From NCBI GenBank assembly GCA_963815195.1, contig CAWFGE010000018.1, forward strand, positions 1 through 64,000: a DNA stretch of 64,000 bases, in the 5' to 3' direction. The stretch comes from an uncultured Planctomycetaceae bacterium (GTDB lineage: Bacteria > Planctomycetota > Planctomycetia > Planctomycetales > Planctomycetaceae). The notes beneath the pieces were generated by a model. That model was not told the DNA's origin and made no database searches. It saw only the letters and a list, made by a program, of their open reading frames with translations. Positions within the stretch are counted from its first letter, which is position 1. The number at the start of each line of letters is the position of its first letter. The position numbers were made by a program, and so were the translations under genes. Shown here one piece after another: positions 20,801-30,645 of the stretch.

Positions 20801-22514
20801 ACGGATCGAGACGCGTTACCTTCTGCGCAAGTCTTCCAAAGTCTCCAAAGTCCAATTCAAAGGAGACGAGTTGCGTGCCGTCGACTTCGGTTTCGACCTT
20901 CAGCGAGAGCACGAGGACATCATTCAGCGTCCACTCCGTCAGTCGTCCGAAGGATTCCTGCTGGTACAGCATCATATCCTGGCCAGAACTGGTGAGGATC
21001 TGGTAGAGCAGGCCGGGCGAGGTTTCACTCATCCGCGTGCTCAAGCGGAGCTTAAATTCCGGTTTCGAAGCGCCGTTGTCGCCGATGGAGCCGTTGTTTT
21101 GAATGTTCCAGGAGATCTCCTCGATGGCGATCTCGCCGGTGAGAGTGGCGAGAATCAAGGGATGTTCGCCGACTCCGTCTACGTTGCCAAGGGGGGGCTT
21201 TTCGGTGCCGGGCAAATTCTTCTGAATACTCCGGTCGTAACCGGTCGACAGGGAATTCCCGCCGCCCGGGGCGGTTACGGTCTGCAGGACCTTTTGATAT
21301 TCCAATTCAAAGGAGATGATGCTCGTGCCATCGTCTTCGGTTTCGAAATCCAGCGAGGTCACATAGACATTTTCCAGCAGCCATTCCGTCAGTTGTCCAG
21401 AGGGCTCCTGTTGACTGAGGGTCATCTGCGGAATGGGGGTTCCCGTGGCGAGAGCGTAGAACAGACCGGGCGAGGCTTTACTCATTCGGGTGGTCAGATG
21501 GAAACTGTCAAACTGTGGGGCAGGACGATCGACGCCGTTGGCGTCTCTCACAATGTCTCTCTCGACGGACCAGGAACTGTTCTCCACGGCGATCTCGCCG
21601 GAGGGGGTGACCAGGATCAATGGGACCTGTTCGTGGTCGAAGTCCTCTCCACCGAAGCCGGGATCATTGCCGATTGACTGATACTTTGTTTGGTCGTAAC
21701 CGAACGTCAAAACGTCCGCTTCGTCATCACTGGTTTTTCCGGGAATTGTCAGGGTATGCGTCAGCTTGTCATACGACAACTCAAGGGAGATCAGGGTCGT
21801 GCCGTCGTCTTCGCTGGCGAAATTCGCGGAGACCACCTGGACTTTCTCCAAATTCCATTCTGTCAGCCGTCCGGAGGGTTCCAGGTGTCGCAGGGTCATG
21901 TTCTCAATGAGTGAATCTTGGGCCGCCAGTGCGACCGCGGAGGACAAACCAGGGGCGGCTTCGCTCATTCGCGTGGTCAAATGGAGATTCTCCAACGTTG
22001 GTAGTGACACGTTCGGACCGGAGGGAGGGCTGAATGTGAGGCTGGTATGAGTGTTCCAGGAAAATCCGCTAATGGGGATCTCACCCGTCGGTGTCTGGAG
22101 AATCGTCGAGAACGCGGGATTGCGTTCCACGGAGTATGTGAACGAATCCGTCCCACTGAAATCGGCGTTGGGTGAGTAGCGGAACTCTCCAGGGGCGACT
22201 TCAACCAGTGTGCCCTGTCCGGGGTTCGTACGCGAAATCTCCGTAACGCCGACCTCAAGATCATCGTTGGCCAGTAGATCGTTAATCGAAAAGTTGACGC
22301 TTTGATCTTCGTTTGTTGTCAGTGAAACGTCCCGGGCATCGAACGTGGGAATCAGGGAGGAGAGCAAGGCACGATCTTCAAGGAATTCGATTGCCGTCGG
22401 AAACGATAGGTTGAGATTTCGCCTCTGATAACGTCGCGTTGTCCGGGCAAAATCGGCTTGGCCGCGGATTCGAGCGAAAAGAGCAGCGAGTGGATTCCTG
22501 CGCAGATTGGACAT
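17878..22514 (-). CDS. Large secreted protein: planctomycete export motif, Ig-like domain with six inserted Hcp-like domains, three more Ig-like repeats, helical (FIMAH-like) C-terminus; frameshift at ~18972
   Basis: RBS and ATG at 22514; basic N-terminus with EFLEDRALLS (LExRxLL motif); six ~150-aa repeats; VNDPP cadherin-like repeats continue in ORF 17878..18948. Confidence 0.85.
18290..19280 (-). repeat. Three ~330-bp near-identical tandem DNA repeats encoding Ig/cadherin-like domains
   Basis: agatttccggttgtcccaagcacggtggtt and flanking sequence recur at ~18437, ~18770 and ~19108. Confidence 0.9.
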
Positions 22515-22681
22515 AACAAACCTCTTGGAAAATTGATTCACGGGTACGCCTCCGGGAAAAATAGGAACGAAGAGATCATTACCAGTCACCGCGTGGGAAT
22601 GAGTGACCGCCCCGCATCCTGCCGCTTTCACTCATGGCGATCGTGGAACCGTTCGGTGTCTGACCAAGCTCTCCCAAACGT

Positions 22682-22718
22682 AGTGCGACATTTCGCGGGA
22701 CGGCTGTCGAAGAAAATC
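22682..22718 (-). promoter_or_regulatory. Putative ECF-dependent promoter (copy 1) upstream of the 6xHcp gene
   Basis: GATTTTCTTCGACAGCCGTCCCGCGAAATGTCGCACT; 30/37 ungapped identity with 23502-23538. Confidence 0.65.
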
Positions 22719-22939
22719 AAAAAACTTTTGGAAATTCCGCAAATCCATTCATGACAATGCGTGGACCATTCCCCGACCGGGCAATTCACCGGATTCAGAA
22801 CCAACGCCTGTGGTTTAAGCTTCCGATTTCGGACGGGATGGGAGCGAATGGGGCTTCGATCAACAATCCTCCCTCAATCGTTTCATCACTTCGTCGGTAA
22901 GTATTGGATTCAACTGGCGAACGGCGGTATTCTGGTTGT

Positions 22940-23494
22940 ATGTCAGACGTCACCACCATTCTCTATCGTATTGAAGAGGGCGATTCGGCCGCGGCGGATG
23001 AGTTGTTGCCGCTGGTCTACGAGGAATTGCGCCGACTGGCGGCCGTGCGAATCGCTCAAGAAAAGCCAGGGCAGACACTCCAGGGGACGGCCTTGGTTCA
23101 CGAGGCCTATCTGCGGCTCGTGGATGGCAAGCTGGAGGAGGGTTGGAACAGCCGCGGTCACTTTTTTGGGGCGGCTGCCGAAGCGATGCGGCGGATTCTG
23201 GTCGAATCGGCTCGGCGGAAGAAGCGGCTGAAACACGGCGGCGACCGGAAACGTCAGGCACTCGACGAAGTCGCTGCCCCCGAGTCCGACGACCGGTTGC
23301 TGGCCCTTGATGACGCCTTGACGCGTCTCACGGACCAAGACCCCTTGGCGGCTCAGGTGGCCAAGTTGCGGCATTTTTGCGGTTTGGGACACGAGGAGGT
23401 CGCGCAGACGTTGTCGATCACGGTCTATCAGGCCCGGCAAAAATGGAGCTTCGCCCGAGCCTGGCTGCGGACGGAAATTCGGGATACTTTGTAA
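22940..23494 (+). CDS. ECF sigma factor, planctomycete kinase-associated type
   Basis: LLPLVYEELRRLA, LQGTALVHEAYLRL, HFFGAAAEAMRRILV, WSFARAWL. Confidence 0.93.
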   Translation: MSDVTTILYRIEEGDSAAADELLPLVYEELRRLAAVRIAQEKPGQTLQGTALVHEAYLRLVDGKLEEGWNSRGHFFGAAAEAMRRILVESARRKKRLKHGGDRKRQALDEVAAPESDDRLLALDDALTRLTDQDPLAAQVAKLRHFCGLGHEEVAQTLSITVYQARQKWSFARAWLRTEIRDTL

Positions 23495-23501
23495 TTCCCC
23501 C

Positions 23502-23538
23502 GATTTTTTTCGACAGCGGGTTCGCCAAACGTCGCACT
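23502..23538 (+). promoter_or_regulatory. Putative ECF-dependent promoter (copy 2) upstream of the kinase
   Basis: GATTTTTTTCGACAGCGGGTTCGCCAAACGTCGCACT. Confidence 0.65.
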
Positions 23539-23594
23539 GTGCTAAGGAGAGGCGCACGGAGACAATTCGCCCCGGTTTTTGAAAAGAGCACGAC

Positions 23595-26500
23595 ATGTCG
23601 AATGACCCGAAGCGACTACAAGAGCTGTTCTTACGACTGCTGGAGGTTCCATCTGAGGATCGGTCGGACGCCTTGGAGCGGGAATGCGGGTCGGACGCGG
23701 AGCTTCGGCAACAAGTCGAGGCTCTGCTGAAAGCGCACGAGGAACCGGATAGCTATCTCGATCAACCCGGTGATGAGGTCGCGGCGACCATGGTCCCGCC
23801 TGCGGAAGAGCCGGATGCCGAGACATCATCAGGAGAATCAGGCCGTCGCCAGAATTGGGATTTGCCACCCACGCAGGAGTATGAATCGTCCCCGGAGTCG
23901 GAATTGGGAGAATTCATCGCGGGGCGTTACACGCTGAAAGAAAAAATCGGCGAAGGCGGAATGGGGGAGGTCTGGGTCGCGAAACAATCCGAGCCGCTCA
24001 AGCGGAAGGTCGCGCTCAAGTTGATCAAGACGGGGATGGATTCCAAAGCCGTACTGGCCCGCTTCGAACAGGAACGCCAAGCCCTGGCGATGATGGATCA
24101 CCCGAACATCGCCCGCGTTTTGGATGGGGGAATTACGGGAACGGGCCACCCATTTTTCGTGATGGAATTGGTCAATGGTCTGCCCTTGATTCAATTCTGT
24201 GATGAGGCAACGCTATCGGTCAATGAGCGACTGGATCTGTTCGTCTTGATCTGCCAAGCGGTTCAGCACGCGCATCAGAAGGGAATTGTGCATCGCGATT
24301 TAAAGCCTGCCAACATCCTGGTGACGATCATTGACGGCCGACCAGTGCCTAAAGTGATTGATTTTGGCGTGGCGAAGGCGACTAGCGGCAAATTGACCGA
24401 CGAGTCCTTGTCCACTCAGTTCGGGGCCATCGTGGGCACATTGGAATACATGTCGCCAGAGCAGGCGGGTTACACCGGCGATGACGTCGACACCCGGGCG
24501 GACATCTATTCGCTAGGAGTCATTCTTTACGAATTGCTCACCGGATTGCGGCCGATCGATGCGGCCCGTCTCAAGCAAGCAGCCTTCACGGAAATGATTC
24601 GGATCATTCGCGAGGTAGAACCATCGAAGCCCTCGACGCGACTCTCAACGGAGAAGTCGCTGCCCTCGCTGGCCGCCCTCCGCAAGATCGACCCCCGCAA
24701 ACTGACCACACTACTAAGCGGCGAGTTGGACTGGATCGTGATGAAATGTTTGGAGAAGCAGCGGGACCGCCGCTATGAAACGGCTAACGGTCTGCTTCGC
24801 GACATCCAGCGGTATCTGGCCGATGAGCCAGTCGAAGCCCGCCCCCCCAGTCCAGCGTACCGGATGAGAAAGTTCGTCAGTCGAAACAAAGGACCGGTGA
24901 TCACAGCCAGTTTAGTTCTGCTGACTTTGCTGGGAGGCATCATCGGGACGTCGCTGGGCTGGATTGAGGCGAAGCGTCAGGAAGGCTTCGCGCTAGACCG
25001 GGCCGAGGGGCAGCGACTGGCTAGGAACCAAGCCGAAAAGCAACAACTGATCGCGGAGAATGCTCTACAAGCCGAACAAATCGCAAAAAGGAATGCATTC
25101 AATGCCGTACGGGCTGCGGAGGCACAGGCAAAGGCACTTATGCTAGAAAAGGAGCTGGCCAAACGGGATAAACAGATCGGCCAGGCCGTGAAAGATTTCT
25201 TGCTGAACAAGTTGCTCAGGAAGGCGGATGCACCGCTGAACGATGGCATAGAAGAGGTCTCTAACGAGAAACAGAACCTGACGATCGGCGAACTTTTGGA
25301 TCAAGCGGCGACCGTATTCGACGAGAAAAGAATCCAGAAGGAATATCCTGGCCAGCCCTATGTTCAGGCGGAAATTCTGAATCTGATTGGGATCGCCTAC
25401 GCTCGAATCGGAAAGCACGATCGTTCCATCGAGTTCCTAAATTGGGCGCTGGAGTCATTTGAACGCGGCCCAGACAATACGGATACCCTTGCCAAAATTC
25501 TCGACTGCGCAAACGACCTTGTGGAGAGTTGTACTGAAGCGGGACAAACGGACGCCGTCCTTCCACGACTCGAGGAAACGCTCAAGCTGGTCAAGAACAA
25601 ACATTCTTTCCGTTATCTGGATGCGGAGAAGCGAGACTTGGCCCAGCGGCTCCTAAAGACCACATCGAAATTATCCGGGCAAATTCGAGGCCCCAATCAT
25701 CCAAACACGCTCAACAACATGAGCGACCTCGCGGAGACGTATCGAATGGCGGGCCGGTTGGACTTGGCCTTGCCCCTAGAGGACGCATTGTTGTCCGCCG
25801 ACCCCCAATTGTATAAGGAGGAATTGCATTGGTTGGACGGTTTACTGGTGGACGCAATTCCGTGGCATCGGCTTGATCCAGACAAAGTGTCTGCAACAGA
25901 GGGCGGTGCGATATTGAAAGAGCAAAAGGACTTCTCGGTTTTGGCGAGCGGACCACATATCGCTGGAGACATCTACACGATTGAGGGGACTCCCAGTCTT
26001 ACGGAAATTCGGGCGATTCGTTTGGAGGTTCTTCCTCATTCTTCACTGCCAAAATCTGGACCAGGCCGGAATCGCGCAGGCAATTTTCTTTTAGCCAAAT
26101 TTCGCGTTTTCACGGAGTCTGAAATTGGGCAGATCATTGAACTACCGATTGCTAATGCTTGGGCCAGTTATACCTATAACCAACATGGTGGAGGGAGTGT
26201 TTTGGGGACTATCGATGATAAAGATCAGCGATTTTGGCACATCTTCTCCAAACCGGGAGAACGCCACTTTGCGGTCTTCGTACTGAGGAATGTCTTGCGA
26301 CTTTCACCGGGGCAACGCCTGATCGTTAAGTGTGAGCACAAACGCGAAAGTTGTCTTGGCCGATTCCGTCTTTCCATCACTGATGAACCAGACGCTATCG
26401 AACAAATCAAACGTGACATGATCCGCGCGAGGAAGCTAGCTGTTGTGGTTTTGAAAGTTTGGTTGAATCAAGAGAAGGCTGACACAACCATCGTCCAACA

Positions 26501-27023
26501 GGGACTGAATGTTGCCAAAGCTACCGAGAATCTTTTTCTTCAGGAATGGGCTGTTCGAGCATGTTGCCTCAAGCCCATCGAGGGCAAAAGGCAACTGGCA
26601 GCGGTTTTGGAACTGGCTCGCTCAGTCGCATCAAGAGCCAAGAAGAATGGTGAATATGATTCCGGGTTTCAATTGGGATTGGGCATGGCGGAATACCGCA
26701 ACCATGCCTATGCCGCAGCCGAAAACGCTTTGCTGACGGCCGAAAAATTTCCTGAGGAAGAAAATCCTCACCTCGTACTGACTTCGCGATTCTACCGGGC
26801 CATGAGCCTGTATCGGCAAGGCAAATTGAAAAACGCCCGTGAACTATTCCAGTCCACCGCGAAGCAGATGAAGCCCCTCCCCGAAAAGCCAAGGAACCCA
26901 TCGGCCAACCAAGCGAACATCAACGATGTGGTCGTCTGGCTGGCCTACAAAGAGGCGAAGGCCCTGATTCAATTTTCCAAACCCGAAAAGCCAGCCATCG
27001 CACAGAAGTCGCGGACTGATTAG
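23595..27023 (+). CDS. Hanks-type Ser/Thr kinase with TM segment, TPR-like repeats and a beta-sandwich domain
   Basis: GEGGMGEV, VALK, HRDLKPAN, DFG, YMSPE; hydrophobic segment after the kinase domain. Confidence 0.96.
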   Translation: MSNDPKRLQELFLRLLEVPSEDRSDALERECGSDAELRQQVEALLKAHEEPDSYLDQPGDEVAATMVPPAEEPDAETSSGESGRRQNWDLPPTQEYESSPESELGEFIAGRYTLKEKIGEGGMGEVWVAKQSEPLKRKVALKLIKTGMDSKAVLARFEQERQALAMMDHPNIARVLDGGITGTGHPFFVMELVNGLPLIQFCDEATLSVNERLDLFVLICQAVQHAHQKGIVHRDLKPANILVTIIDGRPVPKVIDFGVAKATSGKLTDESLSTQFGAIVGTLEYMSPEQAGYTGDDVDTRADIYSLGVILYELLTGLRPIDAARLKQAAFTEMIRIIREVEPSKPSTRLSTEKSLPSLAALRKIDPRKLTTLLSGELDWIVMKCLEKQRDRRYETANGLLRDIQRYLADEPVEARPPSPAYRMRKFVSRNKGPVITASLVLLTLLGGIIGTSLGWIEAKRQEGFALDRAEGQRLARNQAEKQQLIAENALQAEQIAKRNAFNAVRAAEAQAKALMLEKELAKRDKQIGQAVKDFLLNKLLRKADAPLNDGIEEVSNEKQNLTIGELLDQAATVFDEKRIQKEYPGQPYVQAEILNLIGIAYARIGKHDRSIEFLNWALESFERGPDNTDTLAKILDCANDLVESCTEAGQTDAVLPRLEETLKLVKNKHSFRYLDAEKRDLAQRLLKTTSKLSGQIRGPNHPNTLNNMSDLAETYRMAGRLDLALPLEDALLSADPQLYKEELHWLDGLLVDAIPWHRLDPDKVSATEGGAILKEQKDFSVLASGPHIAGDIYTIEGTPSLTEIRAIRLEVLPHSSLPKSGPGRNRAGNFLLAKFRVFTESEIGQIIELPIANAWASYTYNQHGGGSVLGTIDDKDQRFWHIFSKPGERHFAVFVLRNVLRLSPGQRLIVKCEHKRESCLGRFRLSITDEPDAIEQIKRDMIRARKLAVVVLKVWLNQEKADTTIVQQGLNVAKATENLFLQEWAVRACCLKPIEGKRQLAAVLELARSVASRAKKNGEYDSGFQLGLGMAEYRNHAYAAAENALLTAEKFPEEENPHLVLTSRFYRAMSLYRQGKLKNARELFQSTAKQMKPLPEKPRNPSANQANINDVVVWLAYKEAKALIQFSKPEKPAIAQKSRTD

Positions 27024-28100
27024 AAAAGAGCGACCACCACTGGGCGATATCGACGAGGAGGCAATCGCATCGAAGATTCCTGCAACGTGGTCCAATCGAG
27101 AATCCATCTGTGCGATCGGAGGGTTGGTACTCCACCAAGATGCTCGAACACGGCCGCCTGATCTTCAATCCCGCATAGGGAAAACATCCCCTCCGAGCCC
27201 GAACAGCCAACGGCGGTACACAAAACCGAAATCTCCAAACCAGGCGAAGACCGCTGCAGGTTTCACGATTTGCTTCCTGTTGGCGGATGCATCGCCCGCC
27301 AGCGATAAGAGATTTTTCTAACGCGCAGCGGTCTAATTTTCGGCGCGCGACCGCTGCACTTACGCGAATTCTTGAACTCGCGCAGGCTTGTCCATCTTCA
27401 GCAAGTTGGCGTCGACGCCATTTGGGTGAGGTGTGCACCACCGACGCACGCAAGAAAGAGCGGGGCTCAGTCAGAACCAGTGTCAGACGCACCAGGAACG
27501 GATTCCAATATCTGAATTTGATGAGAATACGGCGATCACAATTCTGTGGTTCAAAGTCGACGCTCGGTCTCGTATCATCTTTAGATCACCCAGGGCAATC
27601 CCTGCGCGTGTCTTAGTTATTGCACCGCTATCGTGTTTCAGTCCGGGAGACCGACTCATGAACCGACATCCCAAATCACTGGCGTTCGGCGTTGCGGCTA
27701 TGGTCCTAATCGTCGGCTAGACCCGACCGACCTCCGCGCACGCCGCCGAGCCGGCCGAACGCGGCGCCGCGAAGAACGATCCGCTGGTCAAAAACATGGA
27801 CCTCAAGGCCGAGCCGCGGAAGGACTTCTAACGCTATGCTGCCGGTGGTTGGCTGGACCGGACGAACGCGCTGGCTAAATCGCGGGTTCCGTCATGGTGA
27901 CTACGAGGCTGCATGAGTTCCCGCGACCTCAAGAAACAGATTGACGCTTAGTGCCCCCGCCGTTCGGATTACTCGACGGAGGATCGAAACGAGATCTATC
28001 GACGAATTCAGTCCGGCAGTGGCGCGGCAAGACGCACCGCTTCTAGCTTGTCTGTGATGAAAGCAAGAACTTCTTGTTCGTTCGGCCGTGCGGTGATTCT

Positions 28101-29474
28101 TGTGGTGGACCCCGAAAACTGGACAGCCCAATAAGGTAGAATTTGCGATGTTCATTTGTCGCATTGGGAGGTTCCGATTATGACCAGGAAGCGTCGAGTT
28201 TTGGGGTCCGCGTTCAAAGCCAAGGTGGCGTTGGCGGCGGTCAAAGGGGATAGGACGACGGCTCAGTTGGCGTCGGAATTTGGCGTCCACACGAGCCAAG
28301 TCACGGCTTGGAAAAAGCAGTTGTTGTCGGGAGCCACTGAGTTGTTCACGGATGGCCGACGTAAGCGATCCGACGATCAATCGGCCAATGAGCAAGAACT
28401 CTATGAACAAATCGGCCGGCTGAAAATGGAAGTCGAGTGGCTCAAAAAAAAGTCGCTGACGCTGGATTAAGCCACGAGGTTTTGCGGGCATGGATCGAAC
28501 CGAAGCATTCCACGTTGAGCGTGTCGCGTCAGTGCGATCTGTTGGGATTGGCGCGGAGCAGTTGGTACTACGAACCTGGCGGCGAGACCGCGGAAAATTT
28601 GGAACTGATGCGGCGAATCGACGAGGAATACACGCGGCATCCGTTTTATGGTTCTCGCAAGATGGCCGAGTTGTTCGGCGTGAATCGCAAGCGAGTGCAG
28701 CGGCTGATGCGACAGATGGGAATCGAAGCGGTTGGACCGAAACGCCGCACGACCAAACCGGGGCGCGGACACAAGATTTACCCTTATTTACTGCGGAATG
28801 TGGAGGTTCTCCGGCCCAACCAGGTGTGGTCGAGCGACATCACTTACATCCCGCTTCGCCACGGGTTTTTGTATCTCGTGGCAGTGATGGACTGGTTCAG
28901 TCGCTACGTGTTGAGTTGGCGATTGTCGAACACGTTGGAGGGGAGTTTTTGCTTGGAGGCGTTGGACGAAGCCTTGTCGATCTCGCGGCCGGAGGTCTTC
29001 AACAGCGACCAGGGCAGCCAATTCACGGCGATCAAGTTCACCGAGCGATTGGAACGATTGAATGTCGCGATCAGTATGGATGGAAAAGGACGGTGCTTGG
29101 ACAACGTATTCATCGAGCGGCTGTGGCGGAGCGTGAAATACGAAGAGGTTTACTTGAAGGATTACACGGATGGTTGGGAGGCCGAGAGAAGCCTGCAGAG
29201 TTACTTTGAGTTCTATTGTGAGGAACGGATTCATCAGTCGCTGGGTTATCAAACGCCGGCGATGATCTACGAAGGAAAAGATTGAAGCCTGCACAAAGTG
29301 ATGGACGAAAAATGAAAACAAGTTTCGCGCAAAACCGGGAGGGAACTGGTGAGGTCTCGTCCCGGGCCCCTTGTCATCGGCGGCAGACGACGAGGCCTAT
29401 GAGGGGCCTCGTCTGCCGCTGACTCACACCACTAAACAACCCCGTTTGCTGTCCAAAGAATGGGGTCCACCTCA
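28101..29474 (+). mobile_element. IS3-family insertion sequence
   Basis: Terminal IRs TGTGGTGGACCCC...TGGACAGC and reverse-complement TGAGGTGGACCCC...TGGACAGC; orfA/orfB overlap at an A-run; no flanking direct repeat seen. Confidence 0.93.
28180..29285 (+). CDS. IS3 transposase OrfAB (programmed -1 frameshift at the A-run, 28444-28451)
   Basis: OrfA HTH (FKAKVAL...WKK...WLKKK); OrfB DDE (WSSDITY, NSDQGSQF, DNVFIERLWRSVKYE). Confidence 0.93.
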
Positions 29475-29963
29475 ATGACCCCGGCGAACTTTCTGTTCAT
29501 AGGCGGCTCGGGCACGTTGCCGCAATAGTCCCAGTTCAAATTCCGCCAAACTGCCCTTGAGCCCCAACAGCAATCGATCATTGAGTTGGCGCGGATCGTA
29601 GACGCCGTCTTCATCGATGATTAACGTCTCCGTGATCGCACAGAGATCAATCAAGTGATGCCAGTCCCGGTTGTTTCGCGCCAAACGCGAAGCCTCCAAA
29701 GCCAGAACGGCCCCCGCTTCGCCTTCGCAGACCGCCGTGAGCAATCTTGCGAATCCCGGGCGGTCTTGAAGTCCGCTGCCCGAGCGGCCGAGATCATCAT
29801 CAATCACCGTAACCTTGCGGAACTTGAGCTGCCTGGCGTAATCCGCCAGAGCATATTGCCGTTTTTGACCTTCGCGGTGCTCCCGCACTTGGTGATCACT
29901 GGATTGCCGGACATAGACAAAAGCGGTTCGCTCTCGGTGTTCAGATCGAATCTTCTCGTTCAT
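29472..29963 (-). pseudogene. Large serine recombinase #2, catalytic domain only, truncated by IS3
   Basis: VYVRQSS, EASRLARN, NDRLLLGLKG; the ORF ends at the IS3 right end. Confidence 0.88.
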
Positions 29964-30129
29964 CGACGTTCTCCTGTTGAGATTGAGAGGGGAAGGATTG
30001 TTTCAACTGCTGTGTGATTAAACGTTGGCACTCATCGCGGACGGCTTGCGGGAGCTTGTCCCACAGATCAAGCCGCGCGAACGCAAACACCTGTTGTTTA
30101 GGAGGAGGGTGGACTTCGTTTCGCGGCAT
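29941..30129 (-). CDS. Small LSR-associated accessory protein
   Basis: GGAG RBS; LWDKLPQAVRDECQRLI; overlaps the LSR start; parallels the ORF starting at 32824. Confidence 0.55.
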   Translation of the reverse strand: MPRNEVHPPPKQQVFAFARLDLWDKLPQAVRDECQRLITQQLKQSFPSQSQQENVDEREDSI

Positions 30130-30450
30130 GAGGATCTCCTTGAGGAATTGAGTTTCCCTCAGTCGTAGAGTCTGCCTCCGCGTGAAACAATGGTTGGTGG
30201 TCCAGAAGTCGACGAAGCTCAAGCAGAGCCGCGATCCCGATTCGCGGATGGTCCGCATCAGGACAATGACCGCAGGCGATGGGATCAAGCATCCAACACG
30301 GAATCGCGAGTTGCACATCGTCTCGCAGTCGTACGAGATGATGAGCCGCATCAAATCGGCGAACGACCTCGACCTCTTCGCCATAGAAAGCGTGATAACG
30401 ATAGCAGATCATTACTCGGGGCGATTCATGAGCAGTGTGTTGATGGATAG
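30098..30450 (-). CDS. LSR-associated accessory ORF (DUF5372/Y4bD-like), frame open to the element boundary
   Basis: HQHTAH...YRYHAFYGEEVEVV...IPCWMLD. Confidence 0.55.
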
Positions 30451-30642
30451 GGGCAATTGTTTCATGCCCATGTCGTCGATGATCAACAGGTCGGGCTTGA
30501 GGTATCGCATCAACGTTTTGTCATCGCCATCGAACGCGGCCTCGTGCAGGAAGTCGCGGACCACGTCGAAGATCGAACGGTAGAGCACCGAAAAGCCCGC
30601 CTTGATCGCGCTGCGGCCCACGGCCTGGCAGCAATGGCTCTT
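30451..30642 (-). pseudogene. istB: istB middle fragment (end of Walker A to Walker B)
   Basis: KSHCCQAVGRSAIKAGFSVLY...LLIIDDMGMKQLP continues the istB N-terminal fragment at 33118-33450. Confidence 0.9.
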
Positions 30643-30645
30643 GAC

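Noticed and set aside
17878..27023. A T6SS or contractile injection system locus
   Set aside because: No sheath, baseplate, VgrG, ClpV or membrane-complex genes are recognisable in the window.
27658..27900. Signal-peptide-like ORF MNRHPKSLAFGVAAMVLIVG
   Set aside because: Interrupted by in-frame stops and too short to assign; at most a gene relic.
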